This document shows, in pieces, positions 39,057 to 49,189 of a stretch of DNA of 64,000 nt (position 1 is the first letter of the stretch; each line of letters starts with the position of its first letter). The translations under genes and the position numbers were made by a program. The notes below the pieces were generated by a model, which made no database searches, was not told the DNA's origin, and worked only from the letters and a program-made list of their open reading frames with translations. This DNA is from Clostridia bacterium (lineage in GTDB: Bacteria; Bacillota; Clostridia; Christensenellales; Borkfalkiaceae), in assembly GCA_021204585.1 (NCBI GenBank), contig JAJPZC010000163.1, forward strand, positions 7,388 to 71,387. Direction: 5' to 3'.

Positions 39057-39947
39057 ATGGCAGATTACAAGATCACTTGCAGTTCAACATGCGATCTTTC
39101 TGCGGAGCACCTTAAGAGCATAGGGGTGCCTTACAACTCATTTCACTACATCATAGATGGACAGGTGTTTGAGGATGACCTCTTCCAGTCCATCACAAGG
39201 GAAGAGTTTTACGGCAAGATAGACGCAGGGGCGCTCCCTACAACAGCGCAGGTTACAGAAGATGAGGTCTGGGACTTCCTGGAGCCCATCTTAAAGGAAG
39301 GATATGACGTCCTTCATATAGAGTTTTCATCCGGCTTGTCCGGCGGCTGGCAGTCCGCCAAGGCTGCATGCGAAGCTTTGCAGAAGAAGTACCCGGAAAG
39401 AAAGGTTCTGGCCGTGGATTCACTTGCAGCATCCTCAGGCTACGGGCTCCTCGTAGACAAGGCCGCAGAGCTCAAGCAAGAAGGCAAGAGCATAGAAGAG
39501 GTGCGGGACTGGGTAGAGGCCAACAAGCTCCGTCTCCGTCACTGGTTCTTTGCAACCAACCTCAAGCACCTGAAGCGCGGCGGCAGAGTGTCCGGCCCTG
39601 CGGCAGTCATAGGAAGCCTCATGAGGATAGTTCCCGTCATGGACGTCAACTCAGAGGGCAAGCTCATTGTCCGCAAGAAGGTGTTCGGTAAGAATGCGGC
39701 CATGAAGGAACTCGTCAACCAGATCAAGGCCCAGTCAGAGGGCGGCAGCGCATACGACGGCAAGGTCTACATCAGCAATTCCATGCTGCAGGCAGACTCT
39801 GAGGCAATCGCAGCAAAGATAGAGGAGGCTCTTCCCTCAATGAAGGGGAAGGTACTTATCAATGACATCGGGCCCGTCATCGGCGCCCACACAGGCCCCG
39901 GCACCATAGCTCTGTTCTTCTTCAGCGACACAGAGCGCCAGCTCTGA
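39057..39947 (+). CDS. DegV-family fatty-acid-binding protein
   Basis: 296 aa; ITCSSTCDL N-terminus, SSGLSGG, typical DegV length. Confidence 0.9.
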   Translation: MADYKITCSSTCDLSAEHLKSIGVPYNSFHYIIDGQVFEDDLFQSITREEFYGKIDAGALPTTAQVTEDEVWDFLEPILKEGYDVLHIEFSSGLSGGWQSAKAACEALQKKYPERKVLAVDSLAASSGYGLLVDKAAELKQEGKSIEEVRDWVEANKLRLRHWFFATNLKHLKRGGRVSGPAAVIGSLMRIVPVMDVNSEGKLIVRKKVFGKNAAMKELVNQIKAQSEGGSAYDGKVYISNSMLQADSEAIAAKIEEALPSMKGKVLINDIGPVIGAHTGPGTIALFFFSDTERQL

Positions 39948-39977
39948 CCGGAGGCCTCGCAAGACAACACAAACGCA

Positions 39978-40004
39978 AGGGAGGCCAAACAAGCTTCCCT
40001 TTTT
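39978..40004 (+). terminator. Rho-independent terminator
   Basis: AGGGAGGC / GCTTCCCT stem, followed by TTTTT. Confidence 0.6.
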
Positions 40005-40234
40005 ATAACGGGAAATGATACGGACCGGCATGCAGCTCCGGGATTTCGGGCCGGTTTTTGTAATGCGGCATATGACAAAGTTCTGTTGTGAAATGTCGGA
40101 GCAAAGTACCCAAAATCGTATCATATTCATGAAATTTCACAAATCCACTCGGATTGTGCATGTTATTTTGTTGACATTTGTCATATAAAATCATTATAAT
40201 GTCCTCGAAAAATATGACAAAGGAGGCGCACAAG

Positions 40235-41554
40235 ATGTTAGTCAATGAGATACTGATCTGCTATGCTGTCATCGGGCTTTTGATTGTTATTATCTACTTG
40301 CCTAAGCTTGTGCAGTTCTTCAGCATCAATTACAAGCCGGAACACAGGATTGCAAAAGAGAAGAGAAGAATTTCCATAGTCATCCCCGCCCTGAACGAAA
40401 GCGCTGTCATAGAGGACCTCCTGCGCTCCATAGAAGTGCAGACGTATGACAGGAACTTCTTTGACGTCAACGTAATTGTAAAGGAAGATACGGACCCCAC
40501 AATCCAGATTGCCGAAAGGTACGGCGCAAGAGTGTTCGTAGTGCCTGAGCAGACATGCAAGGGCGGCGCCCTTGACGGATACTTCAAGAGAATAACCCGT
40601 GACGAGATGGACTCATACGATGCCTTCGTCATCGTGGATGCAGACGGGGTTCTCGCAAAGAACTACGTCGAAGAGCTCAACAACGCATTAGAGTACAATA
40701 TAGACATATACCTGTCCCGCAAGGACAACAAGAACAACTTAGGCTCACGCAAGGACCGCACAGTCATCTCCAACTGCTCCAGCCTCATCTATGCCCAGCT
40801 TGACGACCTCGGCAACCGCTACCGCATGAAGAGGGACACCCCAATGAATATGTGCGGGCAGGGCATGATGATCCGCCGCCGCGTCATAGAGGAGATAGGC
40901 GGATGGCCCTACAGGACGGTCACAGAGGACTATGAGCTCCGCATGGACTGCTTCATCAAGGATTTCACCTCAATGTACTATCCTGACGCCAGGATCTACA
41001 CCGAGGAGCCCACGAAGCACAAAGAGTGCTTTGAGCGCCGCGTACGCTGGCTCACCGGATTCTCCCAGTGCGACAAGAAGTACAAGAAGCCCATCGCAGA
41101 GCATGCAAAGAAGCGCGGCTACATCACCGAAGGCGAGTTCGAGTACTTCTTCTGCGTAGTGCCTCTCGTAATGTTCATCGTGCTGACTGCTCTTACCGCC
41201 CTCACCGGCGCAGGCCTTTCCATCTACTTCGGCATCTTTGGAAGCTCCGAATGGATCCGTTCCCTGCTGCTCCTCACTGTAATGCCGCTTGCCGTCATCT
41301 ACCTGTTCATGTTCATCTACGTGGCGCTGTGCATGATAGCCATGAGGGACGTATACCGCCGCATCACAGTCCCCGAGAGGATAGCCGTTCTGTTCTTCGG
41401 CCCAATCTTTGAGCTTGAATACTTCCCCATCTACGTCCAGGGCATCATCAAGGCCACAAAGAACGAGTGCTCCTGGTCCGTGACGGAGCACACCGTGCAC
41501 AACGACGAAGAACCGTCCAGCAACGGCATAGAGCGCCAGCGCGGCGGCTTCTAA
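40235..41554 (+). CDS. Membrane-embedded family-2 glycosyltransferase (processive, cellulose-synthase-like fold)
   Basis: 439 aa from MLVNEIL (RBS AAAGGAGG); N-terminal TM, ISIVIPALNE, VDADG, ERRVRW (QxxRW-type motif), C-terminal TM helices. Confidence 0.8.
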   Translation: MLVNEILICYAVIGLLIVIIYLPKLVQFFSINYKPEHRIAKEKRRISIVIPALNESAVIEDLLRSIEVQTYDRNFFDVNVIVKEDTDPTIQIAERYGARVFVVPEQTCKGGALDGYFKRITRDEMDSYDAFVIVDADGVLAKNYVEELNNALEYNIDIYLSRKDNKNNLGSRKDRTVISNCSSLIYAQLDDLGNRYRMKRDTPMNMCGQGMMIRRRVIEEIGGWPYRTVTEDYELRMDCFIKDFTSMYYPDARIYTEEPTKHKECFERRVRWLTGFSQCDKKYKKPIAEHAKKRGYITEGEFEYFFCVVPLVMFIVLTALTALTGAGLSIYFGIFGSSEWIRSLLLLTVMPLAVIYLFMFIYVALCMIAMRDVYRRITVPERIAVLFFGPIFELEYFPIYVQGIIKATKNECSWSVTEHTVHNDEEPSSNGIERQRGGF

Positions 41555-41591
41555 CCCACAAGATTACAATCCCATCACAATATACGCATTA

Positions 41592-41619
41592 ACCGCCAGC
41601 CCTTCCGCAGGCGGTTTTT
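41592..41619 (+). terminator. Rho-independent terminator
   Basis: ACCGCC / GGCGGT stem, followed by TTTTT. Confidence 0.65.
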
Positions 41620-42150
41620 GTATTGCTCTTTGCGCAAAAAGGGGAGGCTGATTTTCTGACCTGCATCTTTCACACTTTACAGCCTGCAAAATCCGGTGCC
41701 GCTGCAGTCTGCCGCAGGCAAAACCAGCGGAGCATATGAGCCACACAGGGGGACGCAAGGAGCGTTCTCCCCAGGTTTTGTGCCCGGAATCCGATACTGT
41801 TTCTTACCTGCAAGCACCCGCAAATCTTATCCATACAAGACTCAAAACGGGAGCAGGAAACACCCTCAGGGGTGCTCTCAACGGGGTGCTGGAGTGCTGT
41901 ATGTAAACATTTGTTCATACGGGTTCCAAACTGCGCTTTGTCTGGTGTGGAAATCATGGTTTCTGCGCAAAAAATACAGCGGTTTTTCGACAGTCTTCAG
42001 GCCGTATTTTGCAGCCCGGCGCTGTATGAGGCAGGCCGATATCCGCACATATCCGGCCATTTTTACTGGCTCCGGAGGCCGCCGGAGGGGGCCGAAAATG
42101 AGAGTAAAAATGTTGTATCCGATGTTGTATCCATTTTTCGCGGGGCGTAA

Positions 42151-42179
42151 GAAAACCGCCTGCCGGAAAGACAGGCGGT
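42151..42179 (-). terminator. Rho-independent terminator of the acyltransferase/phosphatase operon
   Basis: ACCGCCTG / CAGGCGGT stem; T-run on the minus strand. Confidence 0.65.
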
Positions 42180-42193
42180 GATGTGCTGCGGCG

Positions 42194-43051
42194 TTACTCA
42201 TCCGTGGGATGAGGGTTCTTGCGGACGTCCGGGAGGTACTCGAGGGGCTTCTTGTAGACCTTCTCGTAGCACTCTTTCCAGGCCTGTTCGGTACGGGCCT
42301 TGAGGTCTGCGGCGCGGTCCTTTTTGGGAAGGTCTTCGTTGATGTAGATGGCCGGCAGGATGTGTACGCGCACCCAGCGGGCGTAGCCGTGCTTCTTGGT
42401 TTTCTTGAAGGTGCAGAAGACGGGGATGACGGGGACGTTGAACTTCACGGCGTAGTGGAAGGCGCCCTCCTTGAGCGGACGGGGCTTCTGGTAGTTGCTC
42501 CACATGGCACGCTCTGCGTAGAAGTTGATGAGCTTGCCCTTCTTGAGGAGCCGCTCCATCTCGTTGTACATGTTGCGCATTGCCTCAAGATTGGGGCTGA
42601 AGGGCAGCATGCCGGAATGGTTTATTATCCAGCCCAGGAAGCCGCCCCTGTTGTTGTGATATGTCATGGTGTGGTAGGAGCGGTAGAAGCCGAGGGCCTG
42701 GCGAAGGATGAGGTTGTCCAGGAACATGAAGTGGTTGGAGATGCAGATGGCGCCCTGCTTCCTGCCGAGGGCTCTTATGTTCTTGCGGCCTGTGACCGTG
42801 GCGCCGTATCCGAACCAGTTTACAAGCGGGCCGAAGATCTGCGTTATGGTGCGCAGGAGCCCTGTCTGGAAGCGATGCCAGCCCCTCTTGCGGTAGGGGT
42901 ATGTGCCGTCAGGGATGGTGTAGGTGTCGAACGGAATGTAGTCGTAATCGAACCGCCTGTGGCTTTCAAGGCAGTCCTGGATAAGGGGGCGCTTCTCGTA
43001 GTTCTTGCGCGGCTTCTTATTTTCCGGGTTGTTGTACACTTCTTCTTTCAT
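42194..43051 (-). CDS. Lysophospholipid (1-acyl-sn-glycerol-3-phosphate-type) acyltransferase
   Basis: 285 aa; HX4D motif NHFMFLD. Confidence 0.8.
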   Translation of the reverse strand: MKEEVYNNPENKKPRKNYEKRPLIQDCLESHRRFDYDYIPFDTYTIPDGTYPYRKRGWHRFQTGLLRTITQIFGPLVNWFGYGATVTGRKNIRALGRKQGAICISNHFMFLDNLILRQALGFYRSYHTMTYHNNRGGFLGWIINHSGMLPFSPNLEAMRNMYNEMERLLKKGKLINFYAERAMWSNYQKPRPLKEGAFHYAVKFNVPVIPVFCTFKKTKKHGYARWVRVHILPAIYINEDLPKKDRAADLKARTEQAWKECYEKVYKKPLEYLPDVRKNPHPTDE

Positions 43052-43056
43052 TTCTC

Positions 43057-43923
43057 TTAAGTGTCTATGTCGGGTCTATGCGTACATGATTTGGAATCCA
43101 GAGTGTCCGGCCCTTTGTATGATTCGGACAGGTATTTGTCTCTGAGGAGCCGGATGTCTGCATCCGTGAGGCCAAGGGCGTCCTTGCAGTATCCTGTGAC
43201 GGAGCCGTACCGCTCCTTTATGGTGTCCAGAACGTCCGTGATGTACTGCGGGCGGGCTTCCATGAAGGCTATGAGGAGCTCCTTGAATTTGCGGTAGCCG
43301 GGGACCAGTTTCAGAAGCCTCTTCTGCGTGCTGCGCTTCCTGCGCTGGAACACTTCAGAGGCGGTGTAATCCTGGATGACCAGGTCTTCCGGAACCCCTA
43401 AGACGGACTCTAAGAGCATTGCTATTATGCCTGCCCTGTCCTTCCCGCCGCTGCAGTTGAAGAGGATGCAGCCGGGCTCCGTGAGGAAGATGTCAAAGAC
43501 CTTGCGGATGCTTTTCTGTGACTCCCCGTCGAACAATATGTCCGTGTAGATCTTGTGCATGTACTCATCCGCATCCTTGAACTCCGTCTCGATGAGGGTG
43601 CTCTCTTCCTTCATGAGGCTGGGCATGCTGCGCCCTTCGTACGTGATTCCCGGCTTTGCCGTTGTGAGCAGAGGTATATGCACATACCTCGTTCCTTCCA
43701 GCATATCCGGGGGGTATTGCTTCACTTCGTTGTCTATCCTGAGGTCTATGACAACGGATACCCCTATCGCACCAAGGCTCTTTTTCGTAATCTTCGGCAG
43801 CTTGTACAGCTTGCCGCTCCGGATGAGCTTGCCGGGCACTATGTATTTTCCGTCCGCAGCAGGGAAGCCGCCCAGATCTCTCGTGTTATTCAGTTTTCTA
43901 AGCTTCAGCTTCTCTATCTGCAT
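43057..43923 (-). CDS. Protein-tyrosine phosphatase-like protein
   Basis: 288 aa; CX5R active site NCSGGKDRAG. Confidence 0.85.
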   Translation of the reverse strand: MQIEKLKLRKLNNTRDLGGFPAADGKYIVPGKLIRSGKLYKLPKITKKSLGAIGVSVVIDLRIDNEVKQYPPDMLEGTRYVHIPLLTTAKPGITYEGRSMPSLMKEESTLIETEFKDADEYMHKIYTDILFDGESQKSIRKVFDIFLTEPGCILFNCSGGKDRAGIIAMLLESVLGVPEDLVIQDYTASEVFQRRKRSTQKRLLKLVPGYRKFKELLIAFMEARPQYITDVLDTIKERYGSVTGYCKDALGLTDADIRLLRDKYLSESYKGPDTLDSKSCTHRPDIDT

Positions 43924-44037
43924 GCTTCAATTGTAACATATCCGAATCGGATTGGTCAACAGGTATTATTAAGCCTCAGTCAAATCGGCACAATCCGGCC
44001 TTCGGTGTTCAAGTCCGCACACAGGGGCTGTTACTGT

Positions 44038-44124
44038 GCCGCAGGGGCCTCCGTGGTGCAGCTGTCGGCAGAAGAGGCCGCAGGGGCCGGCCCCCTTGGG
44101 ACGGAGAGCCGCAGGGGCCGGCCC
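44038..44124. repeat. Three GC-rich direct repeats in a divergent promoter region
   Basis: GCCGCAGGGGCC at 44038; GCCGCAGGGGCCGGCCC at 44077-44093 and 44108-44124 (31-bp period); contains the GGGGCCGGCCCC palindrome. Confidence 0.85.
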
Positions 44125-44146
44125 TCTTAAAGGGGAGAGGGGGCAG

Positions 44147-44166
44147 TTATTACAATTTTATTACAA
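44147..44166 (+). promoter_or_regulatory. Candidate Pho box
   Basis: TTATTACAA at 44147-44155 and 44158-44166, an 11-bp period that embeds the TTACA hexamer type described for B. subtilis PhoP; TATAGT -10 at 44188. Confidence 0.45.
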
Positions 44167-44247
44167 CTTGCAGCCCTAGATTTTTACGAATGGGCGATAT
44201 AGTTAAGGCGTAAAACAAGAAAACGAAAAATCAGTCGGGAGACAGAC

Positions 44248-45084
44248 ATGAAAGCAAAGAGAGTTGCGGCAGTTATACTGGCAGCAGCGTGCACAGCGGC
44301 CATTAGTGCTGCTGTGGCATTATCCGGATGCGCTGAGGGAGAGATCAAGGCGCTCAAGTTTAACGGCGTGGAAGCTACTGTAGAGAATGTGGAAAACGGC
44401 ACGTACACGCTTTCCAGGCCCTTTATCATCTGTTACAAGAGCTATGACGGCCTTTCTGCGGCCGCAAAGGACTTCGTGAACTACATCTTCAGCTCAGCAG
44501 CCCAGGATGAGGTTGCAGCGGAAGGATATATCGCGGTGACGGCAGAGGAATACACCACGGACACAACCGCCTCAGGGACAGTCAAGATAAGCGGCTCCAC
44601 ATCCGTAGGACCCCTTATGCAGAATCTTGTGGGCATGTATGAGAGCGTCAATCCCGGAGTCAGGATCACTGTAAACCAGAACGGCTCCGGCTCAGGCATA
44701 ACCGAAGCCACGGACGGAACGGTGGACATAGCCATGTCGTCAAGAGAGCTCACTGATACGGAGCTTGCAAGCCTTGAGGACAAGCAGCTTGCCACAGACG
44801 GCATAGCTATCATTGTAAATGCCAATTCAGACCTTGAGAATGTCACATCAGAACAGATCAAGGCCCTGTATGAGGACGGCACGGCTTTTGAGGGCATTCT
44901 GGCAGGAATTTCAAGAGAAGAGGGGTCCGGCACGCGCTCTGCCTTTGAGGAGCTCATAGGCATAGAGAAGATCTATACGGGTGTAGGGTTTGATGCATAC
45001 AACTCCACGAACGCAGTCATCTCCGCCATCAAGAGCAACAGTGCCGCCAACAAGATAGGCTACATCTCACTCGGATCACTGTAA
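44248..45084 (+). CDS. pstS: Phosphate ABC transporter substrate-binding lipoprotein
   Basis: 278 aa; lipobox-like LSGC, SGSTSVGP, GSGSGI, EGSGTR. Confidence 0.9.
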   Translation: MKAKRVAAVILAAACTAAISAAVALSGCAEGEIKALKFNGVEATVENVENGTYTLSRPFIICYKSYDGLSAAAKDFVNYIFSSAAQDEVAAEGYIAVTAEEYTTDTTASGTVKISGSTSVGPLMQNLVGMYESVNPGVRITVNQNGSGSGITEATDGTVDIAMSSRELTDTELASLEDKQLATDGIAIIVNANSDLENVTSEQIKALYEDGTAFEGILAGISREEGSGTRSAFEELIGIEKIYTGVGFDAYNSTNAVISAIKSNSAANKIGYISLGSL

Positions 45085-45220
45085 TCAGCGGCCGGAACAG
45101 GCGGCACATTATGAGAGAGCATACAGATTACATGAGACATATTGAACACAGCGCTGCCAGGACCCTTTAAGGGTTCTGGCTTAAGTGCTGAGCGGGATAA
45201 GGTTCTTCAGCGGAGAAATT

Positions 45221-47386
45221 ATGCAAAGAGATCATCAAGGACGGCTGGGCAGAATATTCAACAAGGAGTCCGTTGCAAAGGGAATATTCATCTTCTTTGC
45301 GGCCTTTTCCATAATCGCCGTCCTCGCCATAGTCATATACATTCTGGCGGCCAGCATACCGGCATTCCGTGAGACCGGCTTCTTTCATTTCATCTTCGGC
45401 GCCCAGTGGGACGCAAGCACGAACACATTCGGCGTCTTCGCCATGATAGTGACCACCCTTGTGCTCACGGCCTGCTCCGTGGTGCTTGGCGGCATTCTTG
45501 CCGTCTTCATGGCGGTCTTCATCGTCTATTACTGCCCCAAGAAACTCAAGGGCGTCTTCTCGCAGATCATCAACCTTCTTGCCGGCATACCCTCAATTAT
45601 ATTCGGCTACTTCGGCCTTGAGCTTGTAAAGCCGGCCCTTGAGAACATGTTCGGCACTTTGTCGGGGTCAGGCCTGCTTCTAAGCACCCTGATCCTCAGC
45701 ATAATGATCCTGCCGACCATCGCCTCCATAACCAGGAACTCTCTCGAGTCAGTGCCCATGCACTACTACGAGGGCGCCCTGGCTCTGGGCTGCACCAAGA
45801 ACCAGGCGGTCTTCCGTGTTATGCTTCCTGCGGCAAAGAACGGCATTCTGGCGGCAATGATACTGGGCATAGGCCGTGCAGTGGGCGAGACCATGGCCGT
45901 GCAGTTCCTTTTGGGCGGCGCCGTCAACTATCCGTCCTCGTGGTTCATCCCCTTAAGGTCCCTCACCTCAAACATAGTGATGGAGTTCGGGTACGCCACC
46001 GGGACGCACCGCAGCGCCCTCATCGCCACAGGCTTTATCCTTCTAATCTTCATTCTCATAATCAACCTCATCCTGTGGGTGGTGAAGCGCAACAACGCCG
46101 TCTCAGGCAACAGCTTCTTCTCCAGAAAGGTTAAAGAGGGCCACACGGCAGAGAACATGCAGTTCCGCAAGGCGGGTTCCGTCCAGGACGTACTTGCAGT
46201 CATATCATGGATAGTGTCCATTCTTGTGACGGTTGTTCTCGTGGGCCTCGTAGCCTACGTGTTCGTGCGCGGCGTGCCGTACCTTACAACGGACTTTGTC
46301 TTCGGCAACAGCTCCTACTCAAACATAACCATGGCCCCGGCCTTCGCCTCTACGGCCCTGGTCATAGTGGTGGCTCTCGTATTTGCCCTGCCGTTCGGCA
46401 TCGGAGCTGCCATATTCCTTAACGAATATGCGAGAAAGGGCAGCTGGTTCGTCAAAGTGGTGCGCCTTTTCATAGACACCCTGGCAGGTGTTCCGTCCAT
46501 CATATTCGGCCTCTTCGGGTACCTGTTCTTCGGCGTATACTGCGGCATGGGTGTCAACATCTTCAACGGCGGACTCACCATGGCCCTCATGATCCTGCCA
46601 ACTATAATCCGGTCCACGGAGCAGAGCCTCTCCGAGGTGCCGGATTCCATGCGCGAAGCTTCGTACGCCCTGGGCGCCGGGAAGCTTAGAACCGTCTTCA
46701 CGGTAGTCCTGCCGCAGGCCATAGCCGGCATAATCACTTCCGTCATTCTTTCCATAGGCCGCATAATAGGCGAGACAGCGGCACTCATATACACCGTAGG
46801 CATGTCAGCATACATGCCCACAGGCCTCTTCTCATCCGGCTCAACCCTCGCCGTCCTCATGTACTCGATGATAAGCGAAGGCCTTGAGGTGGGGAAGAGC
46901 TACGCCGTAGGCACCGTCCTCATCATCTTCGTCTTCCTTCTGAACCTCATCGTGTCGCTCATAGAGCACATCCTGGAGAACCGCAGAGCAGGCAAGAAGA
47001 ACATCTTCAAACGCATCAAGATCTGGTTCCAGAACAAGAAGAATCCTCCCGCAGAGGAGGAGTACTTCAACCCCATGGCCCACACGGACAAGGGCGATAA
47101 GGAAGACACGGATGCAGATGCAGAGCATCCCGCATCCTCAGAGGCCGGCGCAGACTCTGCAGACACAGCCGTTGCAGATGCCTTTGCAACAGACGCTGCA
47201 AGGGATGCCGTAATGGAATGGAAAGCGAAGAAGGCGGCCCAGACGCCGCCCGGAGGTTTTGCCTTCGTGAAAGATGCGCCGGAAGACGGCTCAGATCCGG
47301 CCGCAGAGCGGGGATATACGTTCTTCAAAGATGCTGCAAATGATGAGACCGGCCCGGAGGAAGGGCTTGGAAGGACAATGACATGA
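45221..47386 (+). CDS. Fused phosphate ABC transporter permease PstC-PstA with acidic C-terminal extension
   Basis: 721 aa in one frame; two successive 6-TM permease units, each with an EAA-like loop (ALGCTKNQ; ALGAGKLRT), then ~130 aa of D/E/A-rich sequence. Confidence 0.88.
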   Translation: MQRDHQGRLGRIFNKESVAKGIFIFFAAFSIIAVLAIVIYILAASIPAFRETGFFHFIFGAQWDASTNTFGVFAMIVTTLVLTACSVVLGGILAVFMAVFIVYYCPKKLKGVFSQIINLLAGIPSIIFGYFGLELVKPALENMFGTLSGSGLLLSTLILSIMILPTIASITRNSLESVPMHYYEGALALGCTKNQAVFRVMLPAAKNGILAAMILGIGRAVGETMAVQFLLGGAVNYPSSWFIPLRSLTSNIVMEFGYATGTHRSALIATGFILLIFILIINLILWVVKRNNAVSGNSFFSRKVKEGHTAENMQFRKAGSVQDVLAVISWIVSILVTVVLVGLVAYVFVRGVPYLTTDFVFGNSSYSNITMAPAFASTALVIVVALVFALPFGIGAAIFLNEYARKGSWFVKVVRLFIDTLAGVPSIIFGLFGYLFFGVYCGMGVNIFNGGLTMALMILPTIIRSTEQSLSEVPDSMREASYALGAGKLRTVFTVVLPQAIAGIITSVILSIGRIIGETAALIYTVGMSAYMPTGLFSSGSTLAVLMYSMISEGLEVGKSYAVGTVLIIFVFLLNLIVSLIEHILENRRAGKKNIFKRIKIWFQNKKNPPAEEEYFNPMAHTDKGDKEDTDADAEHPASSEAGADSADTAVADAFATDAARDAVMEWKAKKAAQTPPGGFAFVKDAPEDGSDPAAERGYTFFKDAANDETGPEEGLGRTMT

Positions 47387-48168
47387 AAAAGATAGAGAAC
47401 TTCAACATAACCGGCGACATAGCCGTATCCATAAAGGAGATGAACCTGTTCTACGGCAACTTCCACGCCCTGAAGAACATCTACATGGACTTCCCCGTAA
47501 AGAAGCTCACGGCCATGATAGGCCCCTCCGGCTGCGGCAAGTCCACGCTCATAAAGTCTTTGAACCGCATGAATGACCTCGTGGAGGGATGCAAGATAAC
47601 GGGCGAGATAAAGGTGGGGGACACGGACATATACGCAAAGAACGCCAACCTCACAATGCTCCGCAAGAACGTAGGCATGGTCTTCCAGCGCCCCAATCCT
47701 CTTGCCATGAGCGTCTATGACAACATAGCATACGGCCCCCGCACCTTCGGCATACGCTCCCGCTCCGTCTTGGACGGCATCGTGGAGACCTCCTTAAAGG
47801 GCGCCGCCATGTGGGACGAGGTCAAGGACCGCCTAAACAAGTCCGCCTTAGGCCTTTCCGGCGGCCAGCAGCAGCGCCTCTGCATTGCCCGTGCCCTTGC
47901 GGTAGAGCCCCAGATACTCCTCATGGATGAGCCCACGTCTGCACTGGACCCCATCTCAACAGGCAAGATAGAGGAGCTGTGCTCAGAGCTCAAGAACAGG
48001 ATAACCATCATAATGGTCACCCACAACATGCAGCAGGCTTTCCGTATCGCCGATTACACCGCATACTTCCTTTTGGGCGAGATGATAGAGATGGACGAGA
48101 CCAAGCGCATCTTCTCGCACCCCTCAGACAAGCGTACAGACGATTACATCAACGGCCGTTTCGGCTGA
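47383..48168 (+). CDS. pstB: Phosphate ABC transporter ATP-binding protein
   Basis: 261 aa; [28 protein letters not shown]; ATGA overlap with the permease gene. Confidence 0.96.
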   Translation: MKKIENFNITGDIAVSIKEMNLFYGNFHALKNIYMDFPVKKLTAMIGPSGCGKSTLIKSLNRMNDLVEGCKITGEIKVGDTDIYAKNANLTMLRKNVGMVFQRPNPLAMSVYDNIAYGPRTFGIRSRSVLDGIVETSLKGAAMWDEVKDRLNKSALGLSGGQQQRLCIARALAVEPQILLMDEPTSALDPISTGKIEELCSELKNRITIIMVTHNMQQAFRIADYTAYFLLGEMIEMDETKRIFSHPSDKRTDDYINGRFG

Positions 48169-48411
48169 TTCCCTGTCTCTGGGACCTCAGCCCCAGGTGC
48201 CAGACGGCCACCCCTTGCGTCCCCGCCCCTCATTTCCGGGGCAGGGATGCGGGCTGTAAAAGATACTGCCCGGCATGCGGCCGGATTCAGAGCGGCCAGC
48301 CTGAGATACAGGCCTGAGTTGCATAGGCCTGAGATACGGGCTTTCCAATGGTTGATAAGTTTTCCCCTTTATGTTAGAATGAAGGCACAGACATAAAAGA
48401 GAGGCAGCATA

Positions 48412-49053
48412 ATGAAGGGAAGGATCTGGATTCTGGAGGATGATGCATCCATATGCGGGCTGGTTAAAGTGGCTCTGGAGATGAACGGCCTGGAGCTGCA
48501 GGCGTTCAGCACCATATCATCCTTTGAGCATGCGCTGGAGGAAGACACCCCGGACGTGGCCCTTCTGGACATCATGCTCCCGGACGGCTCCGGGCTGGAT
48601 GTCCTTAAATACGTCAAAGCCAAATGCCCCTCTGTGGCAGTCATAATGCTGACAGCCAAGGGCCGTGAGGAAGACAAGGTCACGGGGCTCAACATGGGTG
48701 CAGATGACTACGTCACCAAGCCCTTTTCCGTCCTGGAGCTCACGGCGCGCGTCAACGCCCGCTTAAGGGGCAAGGAGAAGCGCGGCGAGATAGCCGCCAG
48801 GGGCGTCATCATAGACATAGACAGCATGTCCGCCACCCTGGACGGCATGCCCCTCGTGCTCAACAAGAAAGAGTACGAACTCCTCAAATACTTTGTGGAG
48901 AACGCAGGCAAAGCCCTTTCCCGCGAGAAGATTCTCACGGACGTCTGGGGCTATGACCAGGGCGAGACCCGCACCTTGGACAACCACGTGGCACGCCTTC
49001 GCAAGCTGGGCGTGAAGATAGAGACCGTCTTCGGCGTGGGATACCGCTTCTAG
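48412..49053 (+). CDS. OmpR/PhoB-family response regulator
   Basis: 213 aa; receiver domain (DIMLPDGSG) plus winged-helix C-terminus (TVFGVGYRF). Confidence 0.9.
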   Translation: MKGRIWILEDDASICGLVKVALEMNGLELQAFSTISSFEHALEEDTPDVALLDIMLPDGSGLDVLKYVKAKCPSVAVIMLTAKGREEDKVTGLNMGADDYVTKPFSVLELTARVNARLRGKEKRGEIAARGVIIDIDSMSATLDGMPLVLNKKEYELLKYFVENAGKALSREKILTDVWGYDQGETRTLDNHVARLRKLGVKIETVFGVGYRF

Positions 49054-49189
49054 CCCTTCCAGGGCCAGTATGCGGCCCTTCAATTGGCGGCGGCAGACAG
49101 TCCGCCGGGCGGCAAAACAGGCATACACCCCGCTGTATGCGCCAAATACAGGCAGATAAACAGGCAGAGTACAAGGAACCGTAAGAGAC

